From the sequence record OQ221563.1: DNA of 44,487 bases, one strand, 5' to 3'. Position 1 is the first letter of the stretch. Every line of letters starts with the position of its first letter. Source of the DNA: Acinetobacter phage NJ01. Below the pieces are notes generated by a model, which saw nothing but the letters and a program-made list of their open reading frames with translations, was not told the origin of the DNA and ran no database searches. Shown one piece after another: positions 16,790-25,622 of this stretch. The position numbers were made by a program, and so were the translations under genes.

Positions 16790-17024
16790 AGTGTTTGCAA
16801 TCTTATTGATGTTTTTGCTCGGCGCGCTGGGCTTTATCCTGCATTGCGTGCAAGGCGTGTTAATGGTGGCGTGGATGATTCGCCATCCGACCCGCTGGCT
16901 GGACGACGGCTACAGCACCATCGCCGTGGCGTGGATTGCGAGACATGGCGACCGACCTCCGTTAAGCTGGATCGAGAACGCCACCAACTACGTGACCAGA
17001 AATCTTTTTAATGAAAGTGCTTGA
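16786..17024 (+). CDS. Small membrane protein (80 aa)
   Basis: Two hydrophobic helices; ATGA overlap with the nuclease gene. Confidence 0.45.
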
Positions 17025-17114
17025 CCGCTTAGGCGCAACCAAGTAGATTAGCAACCAAGCCGAACGGGGTGGCTCACAATAACCCCGATACATGTGAAAA
17101 TGAGGAATTGGAAA

Positions 17115-17900
17115 ATGGCTAAAGTCAACCTGAAAAATGTGCGCGTATGTTTCCTTAAAATTTGGGAACGCGATACCCCTAAACAGGATGGTCAAAAACC
17201 GGCATACCGTGCAGTGATTCTTCTTGATAAAGAAGATCCGCAGGTGGACAAAGTGGAAGCGGCAGCGCGCGCAGTGCTCACCGACAAGCTGAAATCCGAG
17301 AAGAACGCCGATAAGTGGATGGACCGCCACTACGCCCAGGATTCTAAGGAATGCGCAGTTCGCGACGGTGACGAGCGCGACGAAGTAACCGAAGAATTCG
17401 AAGGCATGTTGTACATCAACGCCAAATCGTTCAAACAGCCGATCATTCAAACGTCACTCGGCGAGAAGCAGACGGAACAAGGTCTGACCGTAGAAGGCGA
17501 CGAGATCGAAGGCCAGGAGATCTACTCCGGTTGTTATTGCAATGTGTCCCTGGATATTTGGGCGTGGAACAATACCAACGGCAAGGGACTCGGTGCTGGT
17601 CTTTTGGGTCTGCGCTTCCGTGATGACGGCGAAGCCTTCGGCGGTGGCGGATCTTCTTGCTCAGACGAAGACCTTGGCGACGATGACGAAGATGAAAGCC
17701 CGCGCAAGTCCAAAAAGTCAAAACGTCGTGATGACGATGACGAAGACGACAAGCCGCGCAAGTCCAAAAAATCCAAGCGCCGCGATGACGACGATGATGA
17801 CGAAGACGAGAAACCTCGTAAACGTCGTAAGCCGCGCGACGATGAAGATGAGGACGAAGACGACGAAGACGAAGCACCACGTAAACGTCGCCGCCGTTAA
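17115..17900 (+). CDS. Single-stranded DNA-binding protein (T7 gp2.5/DUF2815-like) with a long alternating basic/acidic C-terminal tail
   Basis: GAGGAA RBS; OB-fold-like N-terminal ~190 aa. C-terminal repeats PRKSKKSKRRDDDDEDD x3 ending ...DEAPRKRRRR. Co-located with the Cas4-like nuclease, as is typical for DUF2800/DUF2815 pairs. Confidence 0.6.
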   Translation: MAKVNLKNVRVCFLKIWERDTPKQDGQKPAYRAVILLDKEDPQVDKVEAAARAVLTDKLKSEKNADKWMDRHYAQDSKECAVRDGDERDEVTEEFEGMLYINAKSFKQPIIQTSLGEKQTEQGLTVEGDEIEGQEIYSGCYCNVSLDIWAWNNTNGKGLGAGLLGLRFRDDGEAFGGGGSSCSDEDLGDDDEDESPRKSKKSKRRDDDDEDDKPRKSKKSKRRDDDDDDEDEKPRKRRKPRDDEDEDEDDEDEAPRKRRRR

Positions 17901-17918
17901 GGGCAAAGCCCACTATTC

Positions 17919-17945
17919 AAGCCCGCTTAATGCGGGCTTTTTAAT
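17919..17945 (+). terminator. Intrinsic terminator
   Basis: AAGCCCGC-ttaat-GCGGGCTT followed by TTTTAAT. Confidence 0.65.
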
Positions 17946-17957
17946 AGGACAATGAAA

Positions 17958-18128
17958 ATGCGTATTAAAGCCAGCGAAGTAAAAGTCGGAATGCAAGTAT
18001 GGTCCAAAATGCTGGGCGAATATTTCACAGTTGCCGAGATTCGCAACAACGGCGAGGAGATTACCCTTTCCGACGGTATCTTCTCCATGATCGGCAGCGC
18101 CGACGCCGTAGTGAGGATTAAGCAATGA
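17958..18128 (+). CDS. Small hypothetical protein (56 aa), coupled to the DNA polymerase gene
   Basis: MRIKASEVKVGMQVWSKMLGEYFTVAEIRNNGEEITLSDGIFSMIGSADAVVRIKQ with an AGGA RBS and an ATGA overlap with the pol start. Confidence 0.35.
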   Translation: MRIKASEVKVGMQVWSKMLGEYFTVAEIRNNGEEITLSDGIFSMIGSADAVVRIKQ

Positions 18129-20416
18129 AAGACTTCGAACGCCTGTTTCTCGACACCGAGACATTTAGCGGGGTAGACCTGAAGAAAGTTGGTGCGTACG
18201 CCTACGCGGAACACCCAACTACCGAGATTATGATTTGCACATACGCCATCGACGAGGGCCGCGTGCAGACATGGGATTGCACCGAGTCCCCCACAATGCC
18301 GCGTGAACTGCGCAAGGCGCTCCGCCGGGTATCGCGCAAGAAAGCAAAAATCGTGATGGCTAACGGCCTCCTGTTTGACCGCCTGGTTATTCGCGAGAAG
18401 TGGGGTATTGACCTGCCGGTAGGCCAGATCGAAGATACCATGATTATGGCCTTTCGCCACGCGCTGCCCGGCAGCCTCGATATGCAATGCCAGGTGCTGG
18501 GCGTTGACGCAGAGCACGCGAAGGATAAGGCGGGCAAGGCGCTGATTAAACGATTCTGTAAGCCCACCCCTAAGACCTACAAAATCCGCCGCTACACCCG
18601 CGAGACTCACCCTGAAGAATGGGCTAAATTCCTGCGCTATGCCGCGCTGGATATCATCGCGATGAGGGAAGTCTACTGGCGCATACCGGACTGGGGTAAT
18701 ACGCCGAAGGAAGATGAAATCCTGCTTATTGACCAGTTGATTAACGACCGCGGCTTCTATGTGGACGTTGACCTGGCGAACGCCGCGATCAAAGCGGTAC
18801 AGGCGCATAAGGAAGAATTGAAGGAAGAAGCCTGGGAGCGCTTCGGCGGTAAGCTGACCGGCAATGACTTCCTGCCAGCGCTGCGTGATATCGCTCCTGC
18901 GTTCACAATCCACAACGCGCAGAAATCCACGCTTAACGACCTGCTGGAAGATCCAGACTTCCCCGACGAAGGCAAAGCGCTTATCGAGATGCGCCTCGGT
19001 GCGTCATCAACGGCATCAACTAAATACAATCCGCTCGTAAATGGCCTATCCGCCGACGGTCGCCGCCGTGGGTGTCTCCAGTATGGCGGCGCAAAGCGCA
19101 CACTGCGTTGGGCCGGTAAAGGCTTTCAGCCTCAAAACCTGGCACGCGGCGAGTATAGCGACGACCACGAAGGGAAGATTAAACGCCGTGAAGGCGAGAG
19201 CGATATATCCTTTTGGGTGCGGTCGCACATGCTCACCAACGGCATCAACTCCCTGTTACGCGGGACCGCACACTGGGCGTATGACATATCGAAGCTAACG
19301 GCCTCGACCGTTCGCGGGTGCATTATTCCGGCGAAGGGTAAGAAGTTTGTCGTAGCGGACTACTCCAACGTGGAAGGACGCGGCCTTGCCTGGATCGCTG
19401 GCGAGAAAACAGCGCTAATGGTGTTTAGGGCCGGTCGCGATATCTATTGTGAGACTGCCGGTAAGATGTTCGGCCTCGACCCGGAATACATTAAAGCCAA
19501 CCGCAAAGACTTACGCCAGATCGGTAAGGCGTGCGAATTGGGCCTGGGCTATGGTGGTGGCGTGGCGGCGTTCTTGCAGTTCGCTAAAAACCTGGGCCTC
19601 GACCTTTACGCTATGGCTGAAGTGATGAAGGGTACATTCCCCGATCACATTTGGGCCGCGGCGAAACGGGGTTATGAATATGCCCGCATTAACGAAGCGA
19701 AGCGCCCGCCGAAGCCTGGCAAGAAGGACGAGCGCCCAACTTACATACTGCCGAAAAACGTATGGCTTACGTGTGATGCGATTAAACGCATGTGGCGCGA
19801 GGCTCACCCGAAGACGGTGGCCTTTTGGGCCGAGCTTGAGGACGCGGTGTTGTGTGCAATCCGCAATCCTGGAAAAGCGTACTGGGCTGGCGCGAACGTT
19901 CGCCAGGATGGTAAGAAAGCGCTCAAGATAGTCCGCACGAAGGCGAAGCATGACCCAACCTTCGACGAGGAGCGCGACGACCCGAACGCCGCGGGGTGGT
20001 GGTTGAAAATTGAGTTACCGTCGGGGCGCATCATGAGCTACCCCGGCATCGCGCTGTCTGTCACGACCGAGATCGACGAAGACACCGGCAAGAAACGCAC
20101 CAGCACCCGCATTAAATATCAGGGTGAGAATCAGACGACGCGCCAGTGGGGATCCCAGTACACCTACGGAGGCAAACTGACAGAGAACATCGTGCAGGCG
20201 CTGTGTCGCGATATCCTCGCATGGTCCATGCCGGGTGTTGAAGCTGCTGGATATGAGATCGTACTGTCCGTACACGATGAACTGATCACCGAAGTGCCGG
20301 ATACTGACGACTACACAACCGAGGAGTTGTGCGCGCTGATGTGCGACCTGCCTGTTTGGGCGAAAGGCTTCCCGCTTGCCGCGGAAGGCGACATTATGTA
20401 CAGGTACAGAAAATAA
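18125..20416 (+). CDS. DNA polymerase, family A (T7-like, with 3'-5' exonuclease domain)
   Basis: Exo I FLDTETFS. Pol motif A VADYSNVEGRGLAWIAGE, motif B KACELGLGYGGG, motif C VHDEL. Confidence 0.9.
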   Translation: MKDFERLFLDTETFSGVDLKKVGAYAYAEHPTTEIMICTYAIDEGRVQTWDCTESPTMPRELRKALRRVSRKKAKIVMANGLLFDRLVIREKWGIDLPVGQIEDTMIMAFRHALPGSLDMQCQVLGVDAEHAKDKAGKALIKRFCKPTPKTYKIRRYTRETHPEEWAKFLRYAALDIIAMREVYWRIPDWGNTPKEDEILLIDQLINDRGFYVDVDLANAAIKAVQAHKEELKEEAWERFGGKLTGNDFLPALRDIAPAFTIHNAQKSTLNDLLEDPDFPDEGKALIEMRLGASSTASTKYNPLVNGLSADGRRRGCLQYGGAKRTLRWAGKGFQPQNLARGEYSDDHEGKIKRREGESDISFWVRSHMLTNGINSLLRGTAHWAYDISKLTASTVRGCIIPAKGKKFVVADYSNVEGRGLAWIAGEKTALMVFRAGRDIYCETAGKMFGLDPEYIKANRKDLRQIGKACELGLGYGGGVAAFLQFAKNLGLDLYAMAEVMKGTFPDHIWAAAKRGYEYARINEAKRPPKPGKKDERPTYILPKNVWLTCDAIKRMWREAHPKTVAFWAELEDAVLCAIRNPGKAYWAGANVRQDGKKALKIVRTKAKHDPTFDEERDDPNAAGWWLKIELPSGRIMSYPGIALSVTTEIDEDTGKKRTSTRIKYQGENQTTRQWGSQYTYGGKLTENIVQALCRDILAWSMPGVEAAGYEIVLSVHDELITEVPDTDDYTTEELCALMCDLPVWAKGFPLAAEGDIMYRYRK

Positions 20417-20694
20417 TGACACCAGAAGGCAAGATTCAAAGTCACCTTATGAAGCTGGTGAAAGCCGTCGGCGGATTCTGCCGCAAAGTGGCCTGGGAGG
20501 GGCGCGCAGGTGCGCCCGATCTGATTATCATCATCAACGGCAAGATAGTTTTCGTCGAAGTGAAGCGCCCCGGTGGCAAACCGAAGCCGCACCAGGTACG
20601 AGAACATGAGCGAATGGCCCGCCGCGGTGCGGACGTTCGCGTCATTGACAACATAGCCGACTGTGATTTATTGGTTGCTGAATTGGTCGCTTAA
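20416..20694 (+). CDS. VRR-NUC domain nuclease (PD-(D/E)XK)
   Basis: GAPDLIIIINGKIVFVEVKRPGG gives the D...E.K core. ATG overlaps the pol stop (TAATG). Confidence 0.7.
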   Translation: MTPEGKIQSHLMKLVKAVGGFCRKVAWEGRAGAPDLIIIINGKIVFVEVKRPGGKPKPHQVREHERMARRGADVRVIDNIADCDLLVAELVA

Positions 20695-20734
20695 CAGTAT
20701 AGTGAGCAGGTTAGCACTAACGAGGATTTTAGAA

Positions 20735-20908
20735 ATGATTGAAGAAAAACGCTGCAGTAATTGCGGTTGCGTTAAACCGCTATCCCAGTTCCACAAATAC
20801 ACCGGCAAAACCGCGCGCAGCCCCGACGGGTATCGGGCCGAGTGCAAATCGTGCCGCAATAAAAAAGAGCGCGAACGGCAGCGCCGCTACCGCGCATCGC
20901 AAGGGTAA
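20735..20908 (+). CDS. Small zinc-ribbon protein (57 aa, CxxC...CxxC) with basic C-terminus
   Basis: CSNC..(26 aa)..CKSC followed by RNKKERERQRRYRASQG; AGGA RBS. Confidence 0.5.
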   Translation: MIEEKRCSNCGCVKPLSQFHKYTGKTARSPDGYRAECKSCRNKKERERQRRYRASQG

Positions 20909-20945
20909 TTAATACGGCGGGCTTGTCCCGCCATTTTTGGGAGAC

Positions 20946-21170
20946 ATGACGATGAAAGAACGCTACCGACTCACCACACTGGGCGAATGCAAACCAGGCG
21001 ATCGCGTATGGTTTATCGCGGGCATGAATTACCCGCTGCCGTTGACGGTGTGCTGGCAAAAATTTAAGAGCTTCCGGGCGACGGGTGTACACATCGGGCA
21101 CAGCACCAACTACGACGCCACAAAAAGGAACTGGAACAGTGAAACCGAAGTCTGGAAAAAGGCGGAATAA
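20946..21170 (+). CDS. Hypothetical protein (74 aa)
   Basis: GGGAGA RBS before the ATG at 20946; the track M1 is TTG. Confidence 0.45.
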   Translation: MTMKERYRLTTLGECKPGDRVWFIAGMNYPLPLTVCWQKFKSFRATGVHIGHSTNYDATKRNWNSETEVWKKAE

Positions 21171-21174
21171 AGAT

Positions 21175-22599
21175 ATGGCACGTTTCCGACGTCGCGAATA
21201 TCAGAAGTTGATAACCGCGTTCATCCTCAAGCATAAGCGATGCAATATATGGGCGACAATGGGGTCGGGTAAAACTGGCGCGACCATGTGGGCGCTGAAT
21301 AAAATGTTCCAGACCGGCATCCTGTCCAACCAGGAGGACCGCGTACTGGTGCTGGCCCCGCTGCGCGTTGCATCTGGCACATGGCCCCCGGAACAGGAAA
21401 AATGGCGCTTCCCAGCCCTGCTGGTAGTAGACGGCACTGGGTCGGAGAAGGACCGCATCGCTGCGCTTGAGAGCGACGCCAACGTGGTTTGTGTCAACTA
21501 TGATGTAGTTGAGTGGCTTGTTGAGTATTGCGGCGACGAGTGGCCCTTTACGGTCGTGGTTGCCGATGAATCCACTAAGCTGAAAGGCTATAGAAGCAAG
21601 CAGGGAAGTAAGCGCGCCCGTGCGCTGGCAGCGATCGCACATAAGCACGTCAAGCGCTGGATTAACCTGACCGGCACACCCGCACCGAACGGGCTGAAAG
21701 ACCTATGGGGACAGACGTGGTTTGTCGACGGTGGCGAACGCCTCGGCAGTAGCTATAAGGCATTTACTGATCGCTGGTTTATTAGCAAGCCTGTTAAACC
21801 TGGCAGCTTCACGATGCAGCACGCCCCGCTCAAGAACTCCGCGAAAGAAATACAACAACGCCTGTCCGACGTGTCGCTAACCGTTGACGCGGCTGAATAC
21901 TTCGGGTGTGACAAGCCGATCTATACGCCGGTTGTTGTGGACCTGCCGAAGAAAGCCCGCAAGATTTATGACCAGTTCGAAGCGGAGTTATTTGCGGAAC
22001 TGGAAAGCGGAACTGTGGAGGCGGCAAACGCCGCGTCGAAGACCATTAAGTGCCTTCAGCTTGCTTCCGGGGCCGTATATAAGGTCGACGAAGACGGCGA
22101 GCGCACCGATGAATGGGTGAAAATTCACGACGCTAAACTGGACGCGCTGGAAAGTATCGTGGAGGAGTTGAACGGCGCACCGTTGCTCGTCGCGTACCAA
22201 TATAAGCATGATCTGGCACGTCTTAAGAAGAAATTCCCGCACGGCGTAGCTATGGGTAAGGGTAAGCAAGGCAATAAGGATATGGAAGCGTGGAACAGGG
22301 GCGAGATCCCCATCATGTTCGCACATCCGGCATCGGCGGGTCACGGCCTTAACTTGCAGGATGGCGGACACCACCTTGCTATCTTCTCAGACACCTGGAA
22401 CTATGAGCACTTTGCGCAGATCGTGGAGCGTATCGGGCCAGTTCGCCAGATGCAAGCCGGACACCCTCGTCCGGTATTCGTCTACATTATCCAGGCGCGC
22501 GGCACACTGGATGAACTAGTCGCAGAGCGTCGAGACAGTAAGCGAGATATTCAGGACGACCTGATGGAATACATGAAAGCTAAAAAGGCGCGCAAATGA
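21175..22599 (+). CDS. SNF2-family (DEAD/DEAH-like) helicase
   Basis: Walker A MGSGKTG, DExx box VVVADESTKL, C-terminal helicase domain. True ATG at 21175; the upstream part of the track ORF is out-of-gene. Confidence 0.85.
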   Translation: MARFRRREYQKLITAFILKHKRCNIWATMGSGKTGATMWALNKMFQTGILSNQEDRVLVLAPLRVASGTWPPEQEKWRFPALLVVDGTGSEKDRIAALESDANVVCVNYDVVEWLVEYCGDEWPFTVVVADESTKLKGYRSKQGSKRARALAAIAHKHVKRWINLTGTPAPNGLKDLWGQTWFVDGGERLGSSYKAFTDRWFISKPVKPGSFTMQHAPLKNSAKEIQQRLSDVSLTVDAAEYFGCDKPIYTPVVVDLPKKARKIYDQFEAELFAELESGTVEAANAASKTIKCLQLASGAVYKVDEDGERTDEWVKIHDAKLDALESIVEELNGAPLLVAYQYKHDLARLKKKFPHGVAMGKGKQGNKDMEAWNRGEIPIMFAHPASAGHGLNLQDGGHHLAIFSDTWNYEHFAQIVERIGPVRQMQAGHPRPVFVYIIQARGTLDELVAERRDSKRDIQDDLMEYMKAKKARK

Positions 22600-23306
22600 C
22601 TATTGCTAAAATGACAATCTGGTCATTGTTTGACGGCAGCGGCTTGATGATTGAGCGTGCTGCCGAGATGGGGCATAAGTGTTATTGCTTCAACTACTCC
22701 GAAGCCGATCACGGGTCGTACCTGGACTACCGGATTTATGGGCGCGGTATCCGATATCGTAATGAGTTTATCGATCTGGACTTCGTGGACCGCGCGATGA
22801 ATGGTGATTTCGGCACGCCGGATATCATTTATGCATTCCCGCCGTGTACGGATCTGGCGGTTAGTGGTGCGCCAGCGTTCCCGCGCAAACGCGCCCGCGA
22901 CCCTGCCTTCCAGCTTAAGGCGGTGCGCACCGCGAAGATCGCCGCTTACCTGGGTGATTTCTTCGAAGTGCCGTATATGATTGAGAATCCGCGCAGCGTG
23001 CTTTCGACTCAATGGCGTAAGCCGGACCACTCGTTTGACCCGTGGGAGTATGGCGGCTATTTGCCAGAGGATGACGTACACCCGTTATTCCCTGAATACA
23101 TCAACGCCCGCGATTCATATCCGAAGCTGACCTGCTTATGGACCGGCAACGGCTTCCGTATGCCTGAGAAGAAACCTGTTTTCGTTGAAAAAGGGTACTC
23201 GAAGCAGTATAGTCGCCTCGGAGGCAAATCAGCCCGCACCAAATTAATCAGGTCGCTCACCCCGCGCGGCTTCGCAATCGCAGTCAATGAGGAAAATTTA
23301 GAATGA
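22596..23306 (+). CDS. DNA cytosine-C5 methyltransferase-like protein, unusually short (236 aa, catalytic half only)
   Basis: Motif I LFDGSGL, motif IV FPPCTD (Pro-Cys), motif VI ENPRS. No recognisable target-recognition domain or motifs IX/X. Confidence 0.5.
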   Translation: MTIAKMTIWSLFDGSGLMIERAAEMGHKCYCFNYSEADHGSYLDYRIYGRGIRYRNEFIDLDFVDRAMNGDFGTPDIIYAFPPCTDLAVSGAPAFPRKRARDPAFQLKAVRTAKIAAYLGDFFEVPYMIENPRSVLSTQWRKPDHSFDPWEYGGYLPEDDVHPLFPEYINARDSYPKLTCLWTGNGFRMPEKKPVFVEKGYSKQYSRLGGKSARTKLIRSLTPRGFAIAVNEENLE

Positions 23307-23626
23307 ATACCACATTCGAAGCCATCGATTTTTCGGTAGCAATGACCAATCAGCTATTCACCTACGACAGTAAAACGGGCGTCATCCGTCTGAAGTCCAC
23401 CGGCTGCAAGATTGGCAACCTCAACACTGCCGACGGCGGAACACGTATCGAGTGCAACGGCAAGACGCTATCGGGCGCACGCGTGGCGTGGATTATTGAG
23501 ACAGGCAATACAATCCCTCCAGGCTATGCCGTTGTGTGCCGCCAGCGCACACCAGGCCACTACGGCAACCGCATTAGTAACCTGTATCTGGTAGACGTTG
23601 CACGCGACCCAAATTTTTATTCGTAA
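23303..23626 (+). CDS. Hypothetical protein (107 aa), possibly a degenerate HNH_3-like fold
   Basis: ARVAWIIETGNTIPPGYAVVCRQRTPGHYGNRISNLYLV parallels the HNH_3 pattern HRlvWe.f.G.iP.G..idHiDgnk.NNr..NLrlv but lacks the catalytic His. Confidence 0.4.
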   Translation: MNTTFEAIDFSVAMTNQLFTYDSKTGVIRLKSTGCKIGNLNTADGGTRIECNGKTLSGARVAWIIETGNTIPPGYAVVCRQRTPGHYGNRISNLYLVDVARDPNFYS

Positions 23627-23631
23627 ATTGG

Positions 23632-23660
23632 TTGCATAACCGTATTGGTTGCATTATATT
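23632..23660 (+). promoter_or_regulatory. sigma70-like promoter (TTGCAT, 17-bp spacer, TATATT) built from two direct ATTGGTTGCAT elements
   Basis: ATTGGTTGCAT at 23627-23637 supplies the -35; a second copy at 23644-23654 abuts the -10 TATATT at 23655-23660. Confidence 0.55.
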
Positions 23661-23707
23661 GAGGGTGTCCGGTTTGGACGCCCTTTTTAATACCCGGAGA
23701 CAGTGAT

Positions 23708-23950
23708 ATGAAATCATTATTTTTCGACTACGACGGCGACCTTCGATTTTGGGTGCTCCTCACCCTCATGATTGCCGGTTGTATTGGCATACCTTCGACG
23801 GCTATTTACTACACGGAACGCTACGAATGCAAGACCGTGTACGCCGAGCAAACTGGACGTAACACCCAATGGCGCTATGGTGTCTGCTGGGTAGAGATGG
23901 ATGGTAAATTTATCCCACGCGATGAAATCCGCACTACGGAGATTAAATAA
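23708..23950 (+). CDS. Small membrane protein (80 aa)
   Basis: Hydrophobic segment WVLLTLMIAGCIGIPSTAIYY; GGAGACAGTG RBS. Confidence 0.45.
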   Translation: MKSLFFDYDGDLRFWVLLTLMIAGCIGIPSTAIYYTERYECKTVYAEQTGRNTQWRYGVCWVEMDGKFIPRDEIRTTEIK

Positions 23951-24415
23951 ATGAAAATTTTACAAGAAGAAAAAGCATACTGGGCCGCGCAATGCCTCGA
24001 AGCCCGTGAACAGGCCGAACGCGCGAACGCGCTGGCGGACACCAACCAGGCGCTATATGAAGGAGAGAAGAAAGTGCGCCGGGAGTTAGAGGAACGCTTC
24101 GAACTGCTTTTCGAGTTGATGGGGATTATGCGGCGCACCGGATACACCACCAGCGTTGCGCTAAACCGCATTACTGCCGACGGTCTGCGTGAGCAATGCA
24201 AACGGGCCGAGGAGTACGTGCGCCCGAAGGTCAGCCAGTCTTCGATCGCCCGGAAAGACCTTGTGCTTATGGCGTGGCGCAACCCGACAAACGGCAGCTT
24301 CTACCCGGACGCGCGCCCGCTTAGTGCTGAGGAGACAAAGCGCGTGCAACGCATTCTCAAAACTGGCAATAAAATCGCCCTGTATGCTATAGACACCGAC
24401 CATGCTGAAGAGTGA
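23951..24415 (+). CDS. Hypothetical protein (154 aa)
   Basis: Coiled-coil-rich N-terminus; TAAATG coupling. Confidence 0.5.
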   Translation: MKILQEEKAYWAAQCLEAREQAERANALADTNQALYEGEKKVRRELEERFELLFELMGIMRRTGYTTSVALNRITADGLREQCKRAEEYVRPKVSQSSIARKDLVLMAWRNPTNGSFYPDARPLSAEETKRVQRILKTGNKIALYAIDTDHAEE

Positions 24416-24887
24416 GCAAAAAGATAGCTGGCGCACGCCGCCAGCTTTATTTAAACCGCTGCGCCGGAAGTACCGATTCCGTTATGACATGGCGGCGAGC
24501 GATGACAACCACCTTCTACCGCGTTACTTCACGGCAGAGCACAGCGCGCTCGATGCGGACTGGTCAGAGTTGAAAGGGTGGAAGTGGTGCAACCCGCCGT
24601 ATTCCGATCCGCTGCCGTGGGTCAAGTGCGCAGCGCATGGACGTCGGACCGTCATGCTACTGAATCAGGACACGTCGACGAAGTGGGCGAAGCTGGCCCG
24701 GAAGACTGCAAACCTGATAATTCTTCTGGACTGGCGGATCCGATTTATACATGCCGCCACCGGTGAAGTCGGGCCGAGCAATAACAAGTGCCAGCAATTG
24801 ATAATCTTTGACGAAGCGCCGCCCACCGGCAGCGCACAAATTGAAATAATGAGCGAGAGTGAGCTACATGAATATCTTAATCGTTGA
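24402..24887 (+). CDS. Phage-type DNA N6-adenine methyltransferase (Dam family)
   Basis: Catalytic CNPPYS motif, and an N-terminus (SWRTPPALF...RFRYDMAASDDNHL) typical of the phage Dam family. Confidence 0.85.
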   Translation: MLKSEQKDSWRTPPALFKPLRRKYRFRYDMAASDDNHLLPRYFTAEHSALDADWSELKGWKWCNPPYSDPLPWVKCAAHGRRTVMLLNQDTSTKWAKLARKTANLIILLDWRIRFIHAATGEVGPSNNKCQQLIIFDEAPPTGSAQIEIMSESELHEYLNR

Positions 24888-25092
24888 CCGCGACCACGCG
24901 GTCGTAGACCAAATGCAAAAAGACTATAACATCGATCCACGCCGCGATCGTGTGCGTCGCGTGTCACGGCCCGAACACCTACTAGGCATGGACCTTACCG
25001 GGTGGCTTGTCATTACCCGACGTTGTCATTTCGTGTGCAACTCCTACACCGCGCGGAGCGCCCGAGACACCCTTATTGAGGCATTGAAATGA
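24868..25092 (+). CDS. Hypothetical protein (~74 aa)
   Basis: MNILIVDRDHAVVDQ... ORF with GAGAGTGAG RBS, overlapping the end of the Dam gene. Confidence 0.4.
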   Translation: MNILIVDRDHAVVDQMQKDYNIDPRRDRVRRVSRPEHLLGMDLTGWLVITRRCHFVCNSYTARSARDTLIEALK

Positions 25093-25559
25093 AATTACTA
25101 ATTTGTGATCTGGATGGCGTTATTAATGGATCAAGCGATGCGCGCGCCGACCTGGTGCCGGGGATAAAAACTAAATCCACCTTCTGGGCGAAGTGGCACA
25201 AGGCGCACGTCCGCGAAGACCTGAACATGGATATGCTGCCGCTACTGCGCATGTATAAAGAGCAAGGCTTCGAGATCGCGTATCTAACCAACCGGCAGCG
25301 AGAATGCTGGGACACCACCGCTGAGCAATTGGAGGTCTTCCCGGTAGGCCGGTTGTTTATGCGCCACATGCTGGACGACACCCCGCCGCCAGAGTTTAAG
25401 GCGTGCGCCGTGTTCAAAATGGTCTGCTATGCGGACGTGTCGGAACTGGTCATCATTGAGGACTGCCCGAAGAACATCGCGGCAATTCGTCGGGCGTGTG
25501 GTGATTTGGTCCCGAAAATTTACGCAATAAACGTTGCAAAATTCACTTGCAACCAATAG
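25089..25559 (+). CDS. HAD-superfamily phosphatase (5'(3')-deoxyribonucleotidase / PNK-phosphatase-like)
   Basis: N-terminal HAD motif I LLICDLDGVI; overall size and layout of NT5C-type nucleotidases. Confidence 0.5.
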   Translation: MKLLICDLDGVINGSSDARADLVPGIKTKSTFWAKWHKAHVREDLNMDMLPLLRMYKEQGFEIAYLTNRQRECWDTTAEQLEVFPVGRLFMRHMLDDTPPPEFKACAVFKMVCYADVSELVIIEDCPKNIAAIRRACGDLVPKIYAINVAKFTCNQ

Positions 25560-25576
25560 GTTGGTTGCACTATAGT
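25547..25576 (+). promoter_or_regulatory. sigma70-like promoter (TTGCAA, 18-bp spacer, TATAGT) whose spacer is a perfect inverted repeat TGCAACCAA-tagg-TTGGTTGCA
   Basis: Palindrome at 25548-25569. -35 TTGCAA at 25547-25552 and -10 TATAGT at 25571-25576. Confidence 0.55.
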
Positions 25577-25622
25577 AAACGTGTTGGGGCAATACCGCCC
25601 CCTCACTAAAAAGGGTAATACT

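Noticed and set aside
22596-23306. Calling 22596..23306 a fully functional DNA C5-methyltransferase
   Set aside because: Only the N-terminal catalytic motifs (I, IV, VI) are recognisable in 236 aa; no target-recognition domain or motifs VIII-X. Annotated only as C5-methyltransferase-like pending profile searches.
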